Under the pieces are notes generated by a model, which had not been told where the DNA came from, did not search any database, and saw only the letters and a program-made list of their open reading frames with translations. Below, piece after piece: positions 46,513 through 55,943 of a stretch of 64,000 bases of DNA (within the stretch, counting starts at the first letter, position 1; the number at the start of each line of letters is the position of its first letter). The stretch comes from Heliomicrobium sp. GTDB lineage: Bacteria > Acidobacteriota > Blastocatellia > RBC074. The position numbers were made by a program, and so were the translations under genes. The stretch spans positions 4,023 through 68,022 of the forward strand of contig JAJNQA010000048.1 of assembly GCA_021155085.1 (NCBI GenBank). The letters run 5' to 3'.

Positions 46513-46755
46513 ATCTGATTTTCCTCTCAAAAGCGGGACAGTACCGGAAGCGTTGGCGACCGGGAGCTTTCTTTGTTAGCAAGCTTCAAGCCAGAACGGA
46601 GCCTGCAAAAAATCTGCTCGTAACTGCTTTGTTGGCATTGGGGGCAGGGGCGCAAAACACTGCGTTGAAAAAGGCACTGTCGCCGTAGAGCAACGCTCTG
46701 CGGTTGATGATGTGGTGACCAGGCGAAATTGTGAGGGGCGTTCCCACCAAAAGCG

Positions 46756-46785
46756 AAAGCTGCGGATGGCGACTTCCGCAGCTTT
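46756..46785 (-). terminator. Rho-independent terminator of rpsU
   Basis: The stem is aaagctgcgga / tccgcagcttt (11 bp, 8 nt loop). On the minus strand it is followed by CGCTTTTG. It lies 28 nt after the stop codon. Confidence 0.7.
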
Positions 46786-46813
46786 GCTTGATTTGAATTG
46801 GCCGACGAGAAAC

Positions 46814-47017
46814 CTACTCGGTAGGAATCGGGCGGCGGTATTTTTTGCGATTGCGCTTGCGAGCCAGCGCCGATTTCAGGCGGCGCTTTTCTCCGGGAGG
46901 AACGTAGAAGGCATGGCGTTTAACTTCACGAATGATGTCTTCCTGCTGTACCTTGCGTTTGAAGCGGCGGAGCGCGCTTTCCAGCGTCTCGTTATCGCCG
47001 AGCTTTACTTCTGCCAA
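46814..47017 (-). CDS. rpsU: 30S ribosomal protein S21
   Basis: The product MAEVKLGDNETLESALRRFKRKVQQEDIIREVKRHAFYVPPGEKRR... is the classic S21 sequence. It uses a TTG start with GGTGA upstream. Confidence 0.92.
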   Translation of the reverse strand: MAEVKLGDNETLESALRRFKRKVQQEDIIREVKRHAFYVPPGEKRRLKSALARKRNRKKYRRPIPTE

Positions 47018-47347
47018 ACTATTTCACCTGCCTTTCAATCATGGCAATTTTTGGATTTGACCTTCGCTGCCCGCGGCTCACATTTGATTCTGACGCCATC
47101 AGTGAGGAAACCGGCTGTTGAAGGAAGCGCGAAGGATAGTCTTTGGCTTCCGGCCCGTCAAGCGGTCCGCGCTTTGAAGTTTTTTCGATCAAGGGTAAAG
47201 TGCGTCCTTCTTTCCCATCTTCAACATCGGCGCTGGTCCGGGGAAGTGAGTACGTGATGTTGGATCGCGGACGGAACGTCCGCGATCCAATGACACCGCC
47301 TGCTTGCTCCCAGCCAATTGCCACAAATCAACCCGGATTGAAAAAAA

Positions 47348-48616
47348 ATGAAAGTTTTCGTGATTGGTTCAGGAGGGCGCGAACACGCGTTGACGTGGGC
47401 GCTGAAGCAAAGCCCGCAGGTGACACAGCTTTTCTCTGCGACGAGCAACGCGGGCATTTCCAGGTTGACGGCTGGCGCGGAGGTGACTGCCGGCGATGTC
47501 AATTCAATCGCCGATTTCGCCGCGCGCGAAAAGATTGACCTGGTCGTGATCGGCCCGGAACAGCCTCTGGTGGAGGGATTGGCGGATGCGCTGGCTTTGC
47601 GCGGCGTCGCCGCTTTCGGCCCAACGCAGGCGGCGGCGCGGCTGGAAGGCAGCAAGGTTTTTTCCAAGGAATTCATGGCGCGCCATGGTGTGCCAACCGC
47701 GCGGTACGTGGTGGTGGAAACCGCTGAAGAGGCTTTCCAGGCCGTCAGCGACGGTTCCTTCGGCTTTCCGGTCGTCATCAAAGCCGACGGTCTGGCCGCC
47801 GGCAAAGGCGTGATCATTGCCGGAGACGAGGCTGAAGCGAGGCAGGGAATCCAGAACTTGATGGTTGAGCGCAAGCTGGGCGAAGCGGGCGCGCGGCTGC
47901 TGATCGAAGAAGCCTTGATTGGCCGCGAAGTTTCCTATCTGGTTTTCAGCGACGGCAAAGATTACGCGGCAATGCCCGTGGCCCAGGATCACAAACGCGC
48001 CTTCGATGGCGACCGCGGGCCGAATACCGGCGGAATGGGCGCATTTTCCACACCCGGTTTGCTGGATGCCGCGCTCGAAACACGAATTGTCCGCGAGATT
48101 GTCGAGCCTTCGCTGGCAGGCGCGCGGGCCGATGGGTTTCCATTTCGCGGCGTGCTGTATTGCGGTTTGATGCTGACGCCGGATGGCCCGCAGGCGCTGG
48201 AATACAACGTCCGTTTCGGCGACCCCGAAACGCAGGCGATTTTGCGGCGGCTGGACAGCGATTTTGCGGAGCTGGCCTTTGCCGTGGCGCGCGGCGAACT
48301 TGGCAAAACCAAACCCAGATGGAGCGAAGACGTGACGACTTGCGTGGTGCTGGCTTCGGCGGGCTATCCCGGCAATTACGCCACAGGCAAAACGATCCAC
48401 GGCCTGGAGGAAGCCGCGCAGGTCGAAAGCGTCGTCGTCTTCCACGCCGGGACGAGATTCAATGCTTCCGGCGAAGTCGAAACCGCCGGAGGCCGCGTGC
48501 TGGGCGTGACGGCGCGCGCGGCAAACCTGAACGAAGCCACGGCGAAAGCGTACGAAGCCGTCGGCAAAATTCAGTTTGAAGGAATGCAGCACCGGCGCGA
48601 CATCGGCGTAAAGTAA
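47348..48616 (+). CDS. purD: Phosphoribosylamine--glycine ligase
   Basis: It opens MKVFVIGSGGREHAL and has an ATP-grasp core (VVIKADGLAAGKGV). The size of 422 aa is typical of PurD. Confidence 0.93.
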   Translation: MKVFVIGSGGREHALTWALKQSPQVTQLFSATSNAGISRLTAGAEVTAGDVNSIADFAAREKIDLVVIGPEQPLVEGLADALALRGVAAFGPTQAAARLEGSKVFSKEFMARHGVPTARYVVVETAEEAFQAVSDGSFGFPVVIKADGLAAGKGVIIAGDEAEARQGIQNLMVERKLGEAGARLLIEEALIGREVSYLVFSDGKDYAAMPVAQDHKRAFDGDRGPNTGGMGAFSTPGLLDAALETRIVREIVEPSLAGARADGFPFRGVLYCGLMLTPDGPQALEYNVRFGDPETQAILRRLDSDFAELAFAVARGELGKTKPRWSEDVTTCVVLASAGYPGNYATGKTIHGLEEAAQVESVVVFHAGTRFNASGEVETAGGRVLGVTARAANLNEATAKAYEAVGKIQFEGMQHRRDIGVK

Positions 48617-48785
48617 AGCGCCCATTCCGCTGCTGATTCGTTTGGGACGCTGGACGGACGCCGAACAGCCTTTGTCCGAATTCATGGCCTCGCAGTTGGG
48701 CGATTTGGACGAACACCTCAATGCTTTGCTCGGCGAACGCCTAAAAGATTGTGTTGAGAGCAAGGTGAACTCCTGAAATAGCAGG

Positions 48786-48833
48786 AAAGCCGCACGCCTC
48801 CGCCAGTGAAAACTGGCGGAGGCGTGCGGCTTT
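48786..48833. terminator. Strong bidirectional terminator between purD and the convergent secreted-protein gene
   Basis: The perfect stem is aaagccgcacgcctccgccag / ctggcggaggcgtgcggcttt, about 21 bp including the A/T flanks, with a 6 nt loop. Confidence 0.75.
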
Positions 48834-48861
48834 GCCGGAAAGTTCATTCACCGTTTGTTTA

Positions 48862-50940
48862 CTATCCGCAGCGTCCGTTGAGCAGCTTCCAGATGTCGGC
48901 CAGCGTGCCCATGTCATTCAGACGGTTTTCCTTGATCGCCAGAGTGGTTTGCATGACCAGCGTGTCGAGCAGGGAATTGGGGGCCAGCGTCACACCGTTG
49001 CTGAGGGTCACTGGCGCGAAGGCGATGCCGGAGCAGGACAGTGGACTCCAGAACGTGTTGAAGACGACCGGAGAGCCGCCGCCGCCGGAGTAGGCGAGGC
49101 TCAATTGTGCGGTGACGAACTCCTTGTTCAGTTTTTGCATCTGGCCGGAGCCGCCCTGCAACGCAATGCGAATGGCGTTGGTGCTTTGCTGAATTCCGAC
49201 TGGATTATTGGCATTGACGCCGGAGATGAGCACCGTGCCGCCTGGCAGGTAGCGGCTGTTGGTGATGAAGAACTGTGTCGAGCGCCAGCAGATGGTGTCG
49301 CATTTCGTAGTCGTCCCGCAGGCTTCACCAAAGTTGTAGTTGGCGCATTCCACACCGTTGGTGACCGTGATGTTGGAGATGAGATCGTTGCCGACAATCC
49401 CGCCGCAATTTCCTGCCGCGTCTTTGCCGTCGCCCGTTACCGAGCTGCCCGTCGGCTGGACTTCCATCACGGAGTAGGTGCCCGGCTGAGCGATGTTGAA
49501 TTTGTAGAGTCCGCTGCTGTCTGTCTGGGTGGTGTCAACCACCTGGCCGCCTGAATTGAGCAGCCTGATTTCAACATTGGCAATGCCGGCTTCGCCCGAA
49601 TCCTTCACGCCGTCGTTATCGCTGTCGCAATAGACGAAGCCGGAGAGCCAGCTTCCCTGTTTCTGCTGGCAGGGCCAGCAGATGAAATCGCAGACTTTGC
49701 CGGACGGATACCAGCCAATGGTGCCCGTCTGCAAGCCGAGTCCGATATTGGTCTGGCGGTCGTTTGGGCGCTCCATGCGTTTGACCACGATGTTTTCAAT
49801 CACGACGGTCGTTGTTCCGATATTGTTTCCGCGCTTGACCTCGACCGAAAGCTGGTAGCAGCCCATAAATGCCGGCGAGGAAGTGGAAAACACAAGTGTC
49901 AGCGGGAAGGTGCGTGTGCCGCTGGCGCCAGCGGGGATAAGAAACTGCGCCGCCTGGCCGACTCCCTTTGAGTTCATTCCATTGACCAGTAATTTCACAT
50001 CGGGATGAAGTTTGGTGACTTCCGCGCTGCCATTCTGGATTGTGAACATGGCGACTTGCTGCGCGACGCTTTTGTTGGAATCGAGCAGATTCAGCGTCAC
50101 CATATCTCCGTCGGTGACGCCACTGCTGGCAATTTCCATGACGATGTCCCAAAAGCTTTCGGTGCAGGAGAGCGCTTGCAGGGTGGAGTTCGGCGTGGAG
50201 TAGGAAAAACCCTGAACTTTGGGACTTTCCGCTGTCACGTTCCTGCCAAAGGTGTACGGGCCGGCATCAAAGACGGAAGCCTGATCAGAATTGAGTGTCA
50301 GGATGGTCGGGTCAGACAGAGTAAATGTATCGTCCTGGGAATTCGTGCCAAATGTTTTGCCATGGACGATTGAGGGGATACGCACTTGTTTGTGCGACGG
50401 GCTTTGGATGAAGTAACTGTTGGGACCGGCCAGATCGCCCGCCGCATCGGGAATGAGACAGGTGTTGGAACCGGGCGAAACCTGATCCTGCCCGGCCAGA
50501 TAGGTGCCCGGCGCAAGGCGGACCGTGGCGCCGCCAATGTTGACCGAACCCGCCAATCCCGCAATCGGTTTGGAAAAACTGGTGACAATGCCGCAAACCA
50601 GTGAAATGTTATAGCCGGAAAACCCCTCCCCGCCGGTGATTTGTCCCTCTCCGTTAAAACAGAAGCTGAAACAGCGGTCCTGCCCGACGGAGACGGCGGG
50701 AATTGTCGCGCCACGCGCAATGACATAGGTAAGGCCGGCGATTTTTATTACGCCGGTGGCGTTGCTGTTTGCAGGCGTGTAGGCAGAGACCGTGCCACAG
50801 ATGCCCGCTCCTGCCGGCAACGCCGCGCCGGAGGCTGCGACCGTCAGGTTGAAGAGCGCGCCGATTTTTGAAAATGACAGGCCCAGCAACATCAATCCAA
50901 TTGTGAGAGCAAGCATGCTGAGTGTAGTTCGTTTTTTCAT
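48862..50940 (-). CDS. Large secreted repeat protein, paralog 1 (692 aa): 2 Cys-bracketed repeats, conserved middle region, SdrD-B-like module, 147 aa Cys-containing C-terminal domain
   Basis: It has a signal peptide and repeats bracketed by Cys48/Cys90 and Cys116/Cys161. An SdrD-B/Cna-B-like segment is present (GFVYCDSDNDGVKDSGEAGIANVEIRLLNSGGQVVDTTQTDSSGLYKF). The C-terminal domain runs KCDTICWRS...LLNGRCG. Confidence 0.8.
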   Translation of the reverse strand: MKKRTTLSMLALTIGLMLLGLSFSKIGALFNLTVAASGAALPAGAGICGTVSAYTPANSNATGVIKIAGLTYVIARGATIPAVSVGQDRCFSFCFNGEGQITGGEGFSGYNISLVCGIVTSFSKPIAGLAGSVNIGGATVRLAPGTYLAGQDQVSPGSNTCLIPDAAGDLAGPNSYFIQSPSHKQVRIPSIVHGKTFGTNSQDDTFTLSDPTILTLNSDQASVFDAGPYTFGRNVTAESPKVQGFSYSTPNSTLQALSCTESFWDIVMEIASSGVTDGDMVTLNLLDSNKSVAQQVAMFTIQNGSAEVTKLHPDVKLLVNGMNSKGVGQAAQFLIPAGASGTRTFPLTLVFSTSSPAFMGCYQLSVEVKRGNNIGTTTVVIENIVVKRMERPNDRQTNIGLGLQTGTIGWYPSGKVCDFICWPCQQKQGSWLSGFVYCDSDNDGVKDSGEAGIANVEIRLLNSGGQVVDTTQTDSSGLYKFNIAQPGTYSVMEVQPTGSSVTGDGKDAAGNCGGIVGNDLISNITVTNGVECANYNFGEACGTTTKCDTICWRSTQFFITNSRYLPGGTVLISGVNANNPVGIQQSTNAIRIALQGGSGQMQKLNKEFVTAQLSLAYSGGGGSPVVFNTFWSPLSCSGIAFAPVTLSNGVTLAPNSLLDTLVMQTTLAIKENRLNDMGTLADIWKLLNGRCG

Positions 50941-51234
50941 GTTTCATTTCTCCAAAGGGAAAATCCCAAGCCTTTGGCTCAGGGGGGTAATGCTGAAGCG
51001 GAATTGATCTTCAGTAATAGACGGGGCAACCGGCTGATGGCATCAAGCCAAGTTGTCGGACAGACCGCAAAATTCCCAGTGAAACGAATCGAAGAAAAGG
51101 GGGAATGTAAGAAGATGAGATTTTAGTCTTCCTGATACATTCGCCATTGGCTGATGCCTGCTGACAAGAACCTGAGTCTGAATCCGGCGTGGCGGAAGTG
51201 AGGTCTGCCACGCCGGACGATAGTGTTTGTGGAA

Positions 51235-53520
51235 TCAGCAACGTCCGTTGAGCAGCGCAATGATATTCGCCAGGGAGACCATATCCTGCGTGCGATTTTC
51301 ACGGATTGCCAGTTGAGCCTGCATAAACAGCGTATCAAGCAGGGAGTCACGCGAGAGCGAAACGCCATTGCTTAACGTGACAGGGGTAAAGGTGATGCCG
51401 GAACACCGGATCGGGCTCCAGAAGGTGTTAAAGACCACGGGAGACCCCGTACCGCCGGCCGATGCCAGACTTAACTGCATGGCCACAAATTGCTTGTTGA
51501 GCATTTGCAGCGGGCCCGTGCCGCCTTGCAGCACCTGCATGATCAACTCCTTGTTGCGCTGAATGCTGACCGGGTTATTGAAATTCACTCCGCCAATCAG
51601 GATTGCGCCGTTGGGAAGACGGTTCATTCCGTTTGTCAGGTAATACTGGATCGAACGGTAGCAGACCGTGTCGCATTTCACCGGCATCGGCGGCATGGTC
51701 GGCGTCGGTGTCGGAGTTGGAGTCGGCGTCGGAGTTGGTGTCGGCGTCGGTGTCGGTGTTGGAGTCGGAGTCGGCGTCGGCGTTGGCGTCGGCGTCGGCG
51801 TTCCATTCGGCGTTGGAGTTGGCGTTGGCGTCGGCGTCGGTTGCAGGAAACAACCATTGCAAACTACGCCGCAGGCCAGGCCCGTCGGATAAAGACCATT
51901 TCCGCTGGTTTGGATGCCCTGACCTTCCTGTTCGTCACCTTTGCGGATGACGACTACATAATCAACCACCACGGTGGTCATTCCTACGCCGCCGGTGCGT
52001 TTGATATCAATGCCGAGTTGCAGGCAGTTCATCAGCGTGGATGCCATATCCATCGAGAAGATGAGGGCGATGGGCGGTGTGCGTGCGCCCCCGCTGCTGC
52101 CGGCGGGAATCATCAGTGGAATAAAGTGGCCCACGCCATAGGGACCATTGCCATTGACGGTGATGCTGATGTTTTGATGCAGTTGATTGAGGACAACGCC
52201 GCCATTCTGCACAGTGAACATGGCGATCACCTGAACCCCGGAGCCATTCGGGTTTTGAGCGAAGACGGTGATCATATCGCCTTCCGTCGCGCCCTTGGAC
52301 GAGATTTCAAAGACGAGATCCCAGAACAGGTCCGTGCAGGAGATTGCCCGAACAGTCATGTTCGGATTCATGGCCATAATGCCCTGCGGATTGGTTCCCT
52401 GAATCGCCGGGAATAGTCCGAACGTGGACGGATTGGCAGAGAAAGTGCTGACTCCGGCGGAGTTTGACGATGATACCAGGAAGTTAAATGGACGCGGCAA
52501 CAGGAAGGTATCGTCTTCGCTGCCGTTGACCAGACCATGCACAACCATCGGAGCGGAAAATTGTGCGCAAGCCGAATCGCCTGCCGCCAGTCCAGTGCCC
52601 GCCGAAACGAATCCGTTGCTAAGCACCAAGGGCGCCAGGCAGACATTGCCGCCGACAGCTATTGAGTTCTGGCCGGCGATAAAGGTTCCGGGCGCAATTG
52701 GCAATGTGATTCCGCCCAGTGTGATTGATCCCTGCATGCCGGCGGGAGAAGACTTGTAGTCCGTGACAACGCCGCAGACTTTGGTTTCGTTGCCGCCGTT
52801 GGCGCCCACTGAAGTCGGCGCAACAAGCTGGCCGTTGATGTCCAAAACCCCGGCCATGCAATAGCTGGCGCCGACAGTGATATTGCCGATGTCAACTCCC
52901 TGGGCAATGGTGAAACTCAGTCCGCCAATCGTAATGCCACCGGTTGAATTCGCAGTTGCGGCTTTGTAATTTGAAACTGCGCCGCAGGTGAAAACTGATG
53001 AAGTAATATTCACAACCGCCGCACTGGGATTGGAAACTTGTCCTCCCCCGTTCAGCGTCGCCGTCAAACACATGTTCGATCCGACGTTAATCAGGCTCTG
53101 GCCTTTGATGGTCGTGTTCGCCGCGATGACATAATTTGCCGAGCCGATCGAAATGTTTCCCGGCTGATTCGGCGTGGCGGCTTTGAAGCTGTTAACGCCG
53201 CCACAGGCTGTGACCACGCTGCCCCCGACCGTGCTGGGCGGGACGATTTGATTGGAATTGTTGAAGACCGCGTCAAGACAGACGCCCGTGCCGACCGAAA
53301 TGATTGCCTGCCCCCCGATGGTCGTGCCTGGGGCAATTGTATAATTCGTGCCGTTAATATTGATCGAGCCGGCAGTCGTGGCTGTGGCCGGATTGTAGGC
53401 CAGCACGGAGCCACAGATCACCGCTGCGGTTTCCGCGGAAACGGAGGATGGTTTCCACTTGGCGGCCAGGGCCAGACACAGCGTCAAGCAGAGTGTGAGA
53501 ATCGTTGTTTTCATTCGCAT
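51235..53520 (-). CDS. Large secreted repeat protein, paralog 2 (761 aa): 4 Cys-bracketed repeats, conserved middle region, (TP)n linker, 147 aa Cys-containing C-terminal domain
   Basis: It has a signal peptide. Repeats have a period of about 70 aa and are bracketed by Cys36/81, Cys106/151, Cys179/221 and Cys249/294. The middle region and the C-terminal domain (KCDTVCYRS...LLNGRC) are co-linear with paralog 1. Confidence 0.8.
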   Translation of the reverse strand: MRMKTTILTLCLTLCLALAAKWKPSSVSAETAAVICGSVLAYNPATATTAGSININGTNYTIAPGTTIGGQAIISVGTGVCLDAVFNNSNQIVPPSTVGGSVVTACGGVNSFKAATPNQPGNISIGSANYVIAANTTIKGQSLINVGSNMCLTATLNGGGQVSNPSAAVVNITSSVFTCGAVSNYKAATANSTGGITIGGLSFTIAQGVDIGNITVGASYCMAGVLDINGQLVAPTSVGANGGNETKVCGVVTDYKSSPAGMQGSITLGGITLPIAPGTFIAGQNSIAVGGNVCLAPLVLSNGFVSAGTGLAAGDSACAQFSAPMVVHGLVNGSEDDTFLLPRPFNFLVSSSNSAGVSTFSANPSTFGLFPAIQGTNPQGIMAMNPNMTVRAISCTDLFWDLVFEISSKGATEGDMITVFAQNPNGSGVQVIAMFTVQNGGVVLNQLHQNISITVNGNGPYGVGHFIPLMIPAGSSGGARTPPIALIFSMDMASTLMNCLQLGIDIKRTGGVGMTTVVVDYVVVIRKGDEQEGQGIQTSGNGLYPTGLACGVVCNGCFLQPTPTPTPTPTPNGTPTPTPTPTPTPTPTPTPTPTPTPTPTPTPTPTPTMPPMPVKCDTVCYRSIQYYLTNGMNRLPNGAILIGGVNFNNPVSIQRNKELIMQVLQGGTGPLQMLNKQFVAMQLSLASAGGTGSPVVFNTFWSPIRCSGITFTPVTLSNGVSLSRDSLLDTLFMQAQLAIRENRTQDMVSLANIIALLNGRC
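51697..51840 (-). repeat. Coding microsatellite-like tract encoding a 48 aa Thr-Pro linker
   Basis: The tract consists of ggYgtY hexamers (ggcgtcggtgtcggagttgg...) and translates to [13 protein letters not shown](TP)17T. Confidence 0.9.
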
Positions 53521-54551
53521 GGAACTGTCTCCTTGAAGCCGATCAGGAGGCAGGCTTGGAAGTCGAAGGCGCGAGTTTCGCGCCTCGTGAGGCCTGTCTT
53601 CACCTGTTCCTGATCCTGTCTTCAGATTAAACGCAATTTGGATTCAGAGTTTTGAAATAACGGGTGTTGTCTGCCGCAATTTTGCCGCCAACTGTTAAGT
53701 TGGCTATTTGCGGTTCATTGGTTAAATAAGGGACAAGGGGCGTTGCCTGTATTGAACACACCGGGATCGCAGGAACCCAGGTTTGGCACCGAGCCTTTTA
53801 CCGATTTACTCGAATTGTCAATGAAATGAAGGCGAGGCAATAGCAGGGAATTCCCGCAATTGTGGCAAAGAACACCCTGAAAACTGCCGGGGAGTTTTTA
53901 TTGATTACCGCCCAGTGAGTGCGTCAGTGAATACTTGTGCGATTTCTTCGGAGAATACGTCCGCAAATTATGAACCGCTCAGACGCAGCAAACCCTGTCG
54001 AGGTTGGCCGGATAATTTCACGTAATTTCGATGCCGGTTCGAGTTGATACCTGTTCGGTCGTTTCCCCGATCACGCGATGCTTCACGGCATCAATGATCG
54101 GCAGTTTCAATTGGGGCATTGGAAAGAGGGCTTCTCAGGACTAATTGCTGTCTTGAATCGGCCCGTTCGCGGCAAGTCCTTCACAACAACAGATGAAATA
54201 GCAGCGCCAAAGCCCGACCCAAAACTTGATTTCGATGAGTTACCTTGAAGATTTGAGGCGATTTGTGAGGAACTCATCTGGCTGATGAGTGTACGCATTT
54301 TAGCCTCACCCGTCTATAGCTTTTCGGCTGCAGGGGTAAATTTAATCTTTGCCTATCAGGCACTTGGCTGTTTTTGAGGAGTCTTGAGCGGGTGCGCATC
54401 GAATCGTTTTAGATCGAATTCGGACCGGATAAATTCCTTTACTTTTTCTCTTTCAGCTTGCCTCACCCGTGAGCCCGCTGGGCCTCGCAGCAACCCGATC
54501 CAGCCTGGCCAGCGGAAGAGCGTTCATTGGCCCGAAAGTGGCTGACAAAAT

Positions 54552-54596
54552 AAAAAGTCAGGTCTGCCCCATTGGAAATGGCAGACCTGATTTTTT
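54552..54596. terminator. Bidirectional rho-independent terminator after tal
   Basis: The stem is tcaggtctgcc / ggcagacctga (11 bp), flanked by an A5 run upstream and a T6 run downstream. It lies 9 nt after the tal stop codon. Confidence 0.75.
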
Positions 54597-54604
54597 GAAG
54601 TTAT

Positions 54605-55771
54605 CTATGCATTTCCCTGACTCATTTCCAGCTTGCCTGTCATTCCGGTTTTTATCTCGGCCTGTTTGGCATTAATGGTCTTCATCAAGCTGTCGAATGA
54701 ATCGGCGAAGGATTTGACGCCGTCATCCTGCAGCTTTTGGCAAATTGCCCCCAGATCAATTCCAGCTTCGGCGAGTGCGTCGAGCGAGGCTTTTGCTTCG
54801 GCAAGGCCGGATTCGAGGGTGAGCGCGGGGGTCCCGTGATCGCGGAATGCGTCATAGGTGGCGGGCGGAACCGTGTCAACGGTATCCGGTCCGATCAGAC
54901 TGTCAACGTAAAGCACGTCGCTATACTTGGGATTCTTTGTCCCGGTGCTGGCCCAGAGCGGACGTTGCACCTGCGCGCCCAGCGCTTTGAGTTTGGCGAA
55001 GCGCTCGCTGGCAAAGATTTCCTTGAACCGCTGATATTGCAGTTTCGCGTTGGCGATGGCGATTTTTCCGAGCAGCGAAGAAAGTCTGGCTTTCTCTGCT
55101 TCATCACTGGATTTGCTGATGCGAGATTCAAGTTCGGCGTCCACAATCGCATCAATGCGCGAAACGAAAACGCTGGCGACCGATGCGATATGGTCAACCG
55201 GCTGCCCGGCGGCGGCGCGATCTTCCAGTCCGCTGATGAACGCGTCGGCGACCTGCTCGTAATTTTCGAGCGCGAAAATCATTGTCACATTGACGTTAAT
55301 TCCGGCGGCAATGGTCTGGCGAATGGCGGGAAGTCCGGCAGGCGTCGCCGGAATCTTGATGCAGACGTTCGGACGACCCAGTGCCGTCCACAGCCGCTTG
55401 GCATCGGCAACCGTGCCCGCGGTGTCATGCGCCAGCAGCGGCGAAACTTCCAGGCTGACGTATCCGTCAATCTTGTTCGTCCGTTCATAAACCGGCGTGA
55501 ACAGATCGGCGGCGCGCTGGATGTCTTCGATGGCCAGCGTTTCGTAAATCTCCTCGGTGCCTTTCTTTTGGGTAATCAATTGCTGGATGGCATCGGTGTA
55601 ATCGGTGCTGCCGGCGATGGCTTTTTCGAAGATGGTCGGGTTGGAGGTGATGCCGCGCAGGTCGTCATTGGCGATCTTCCCGGCAATGTCGCCGTTGTCT
55701 ATCAACAAACGGCGGATGTTGTCATACCAGATGCTTTGGCCAAGCTTTTCGACTTCTACTAATGGATTCAT
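54605..55771 (-). CDS. tal: Transaldolase (long form, 388 aa)
   Basis: The N-terminus GQSIWYDNIRR...LRGITSNPTIFEKAI and the IKIPAT active-site region are typical of transaldolase. Confidence 0.9.
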   Translation of the reverse strand: MNPLVEVEKLGQSIWYDNIRRLLIDNGDIAGKIANDDLRGITSNPTIFEKAIAGSTDYTDAIQQLITQKKGTEEIYETLAIEDIQRAADLFTPVYERTNKIDGYVSLEVSPLLAHDTAGTVADAKRLWTALGRPNVCIKIPATPAGLPAIRQTIAAGINVNVTMIFALENYEQVADAFISGLEDRAAAGQPVDHIASVASVFVSRIDAIVDAELESRISKSSDEAEKARLSSLLGKIAIANAKLQYQRFKEIFASERFAKLKALGAQVQRPLWASTGTKNPKYSDVLYVDSLIGPDTVDTVPPATYDAFRDHGTPALTLESGLAEAKASLDALAEAGIDLGAICQKLQDDGVKSFADSFDSLMKTINAKQAEIKTGMTGKLEMSQGNA

Positions 55772-55943
55772 TGTTTTCTCCCTTGCGCTGTTAATAGGTG
55801 GTTGAACGTTCAGCGGTCAACTGCGACGACTAAACTTATCACGATCAACGTCAGTCTGCTAAGACTTCTGACGTTCACCTTGAAATAACTTTGAGAGGTT
55901 GCAGGCGACGCTCTGCCTGTCATGGGTTGACCTGGGCAAAGGC

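Noticed and set aside
47200-47347. A ZTP (pfl) or purine riboswitch upstream of purD.
   Set aside because: The conserved GGGUCGUGAC...GGCG core and the CCGCCUGGGCA 3' element are not present. Only a partial CCGCCUGC is seen. I kept the hairpin as a separate low-interest finding.
48617-48775. A possible short coding remnant after purD (…LLIRLGRWTDAEQPLSEFMASQLGDLDEHLNALLGERLKDCVESKVNS).
   Set aside because: It reads like protein, but it has no start codon in context and no motif I can assign. It may be a decayed gene tail. BLASTX would settle it.
51490-52416. CRISPR-like or Arg/Trp-rich ORF signal over the hexamer repeat tract.
   Set aside because: The periodicity is 6 nt with no spacers and lies in frame inside a well-supported gene, where it encodes the Thr-Pro linker. 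It is not a CRISPR array.
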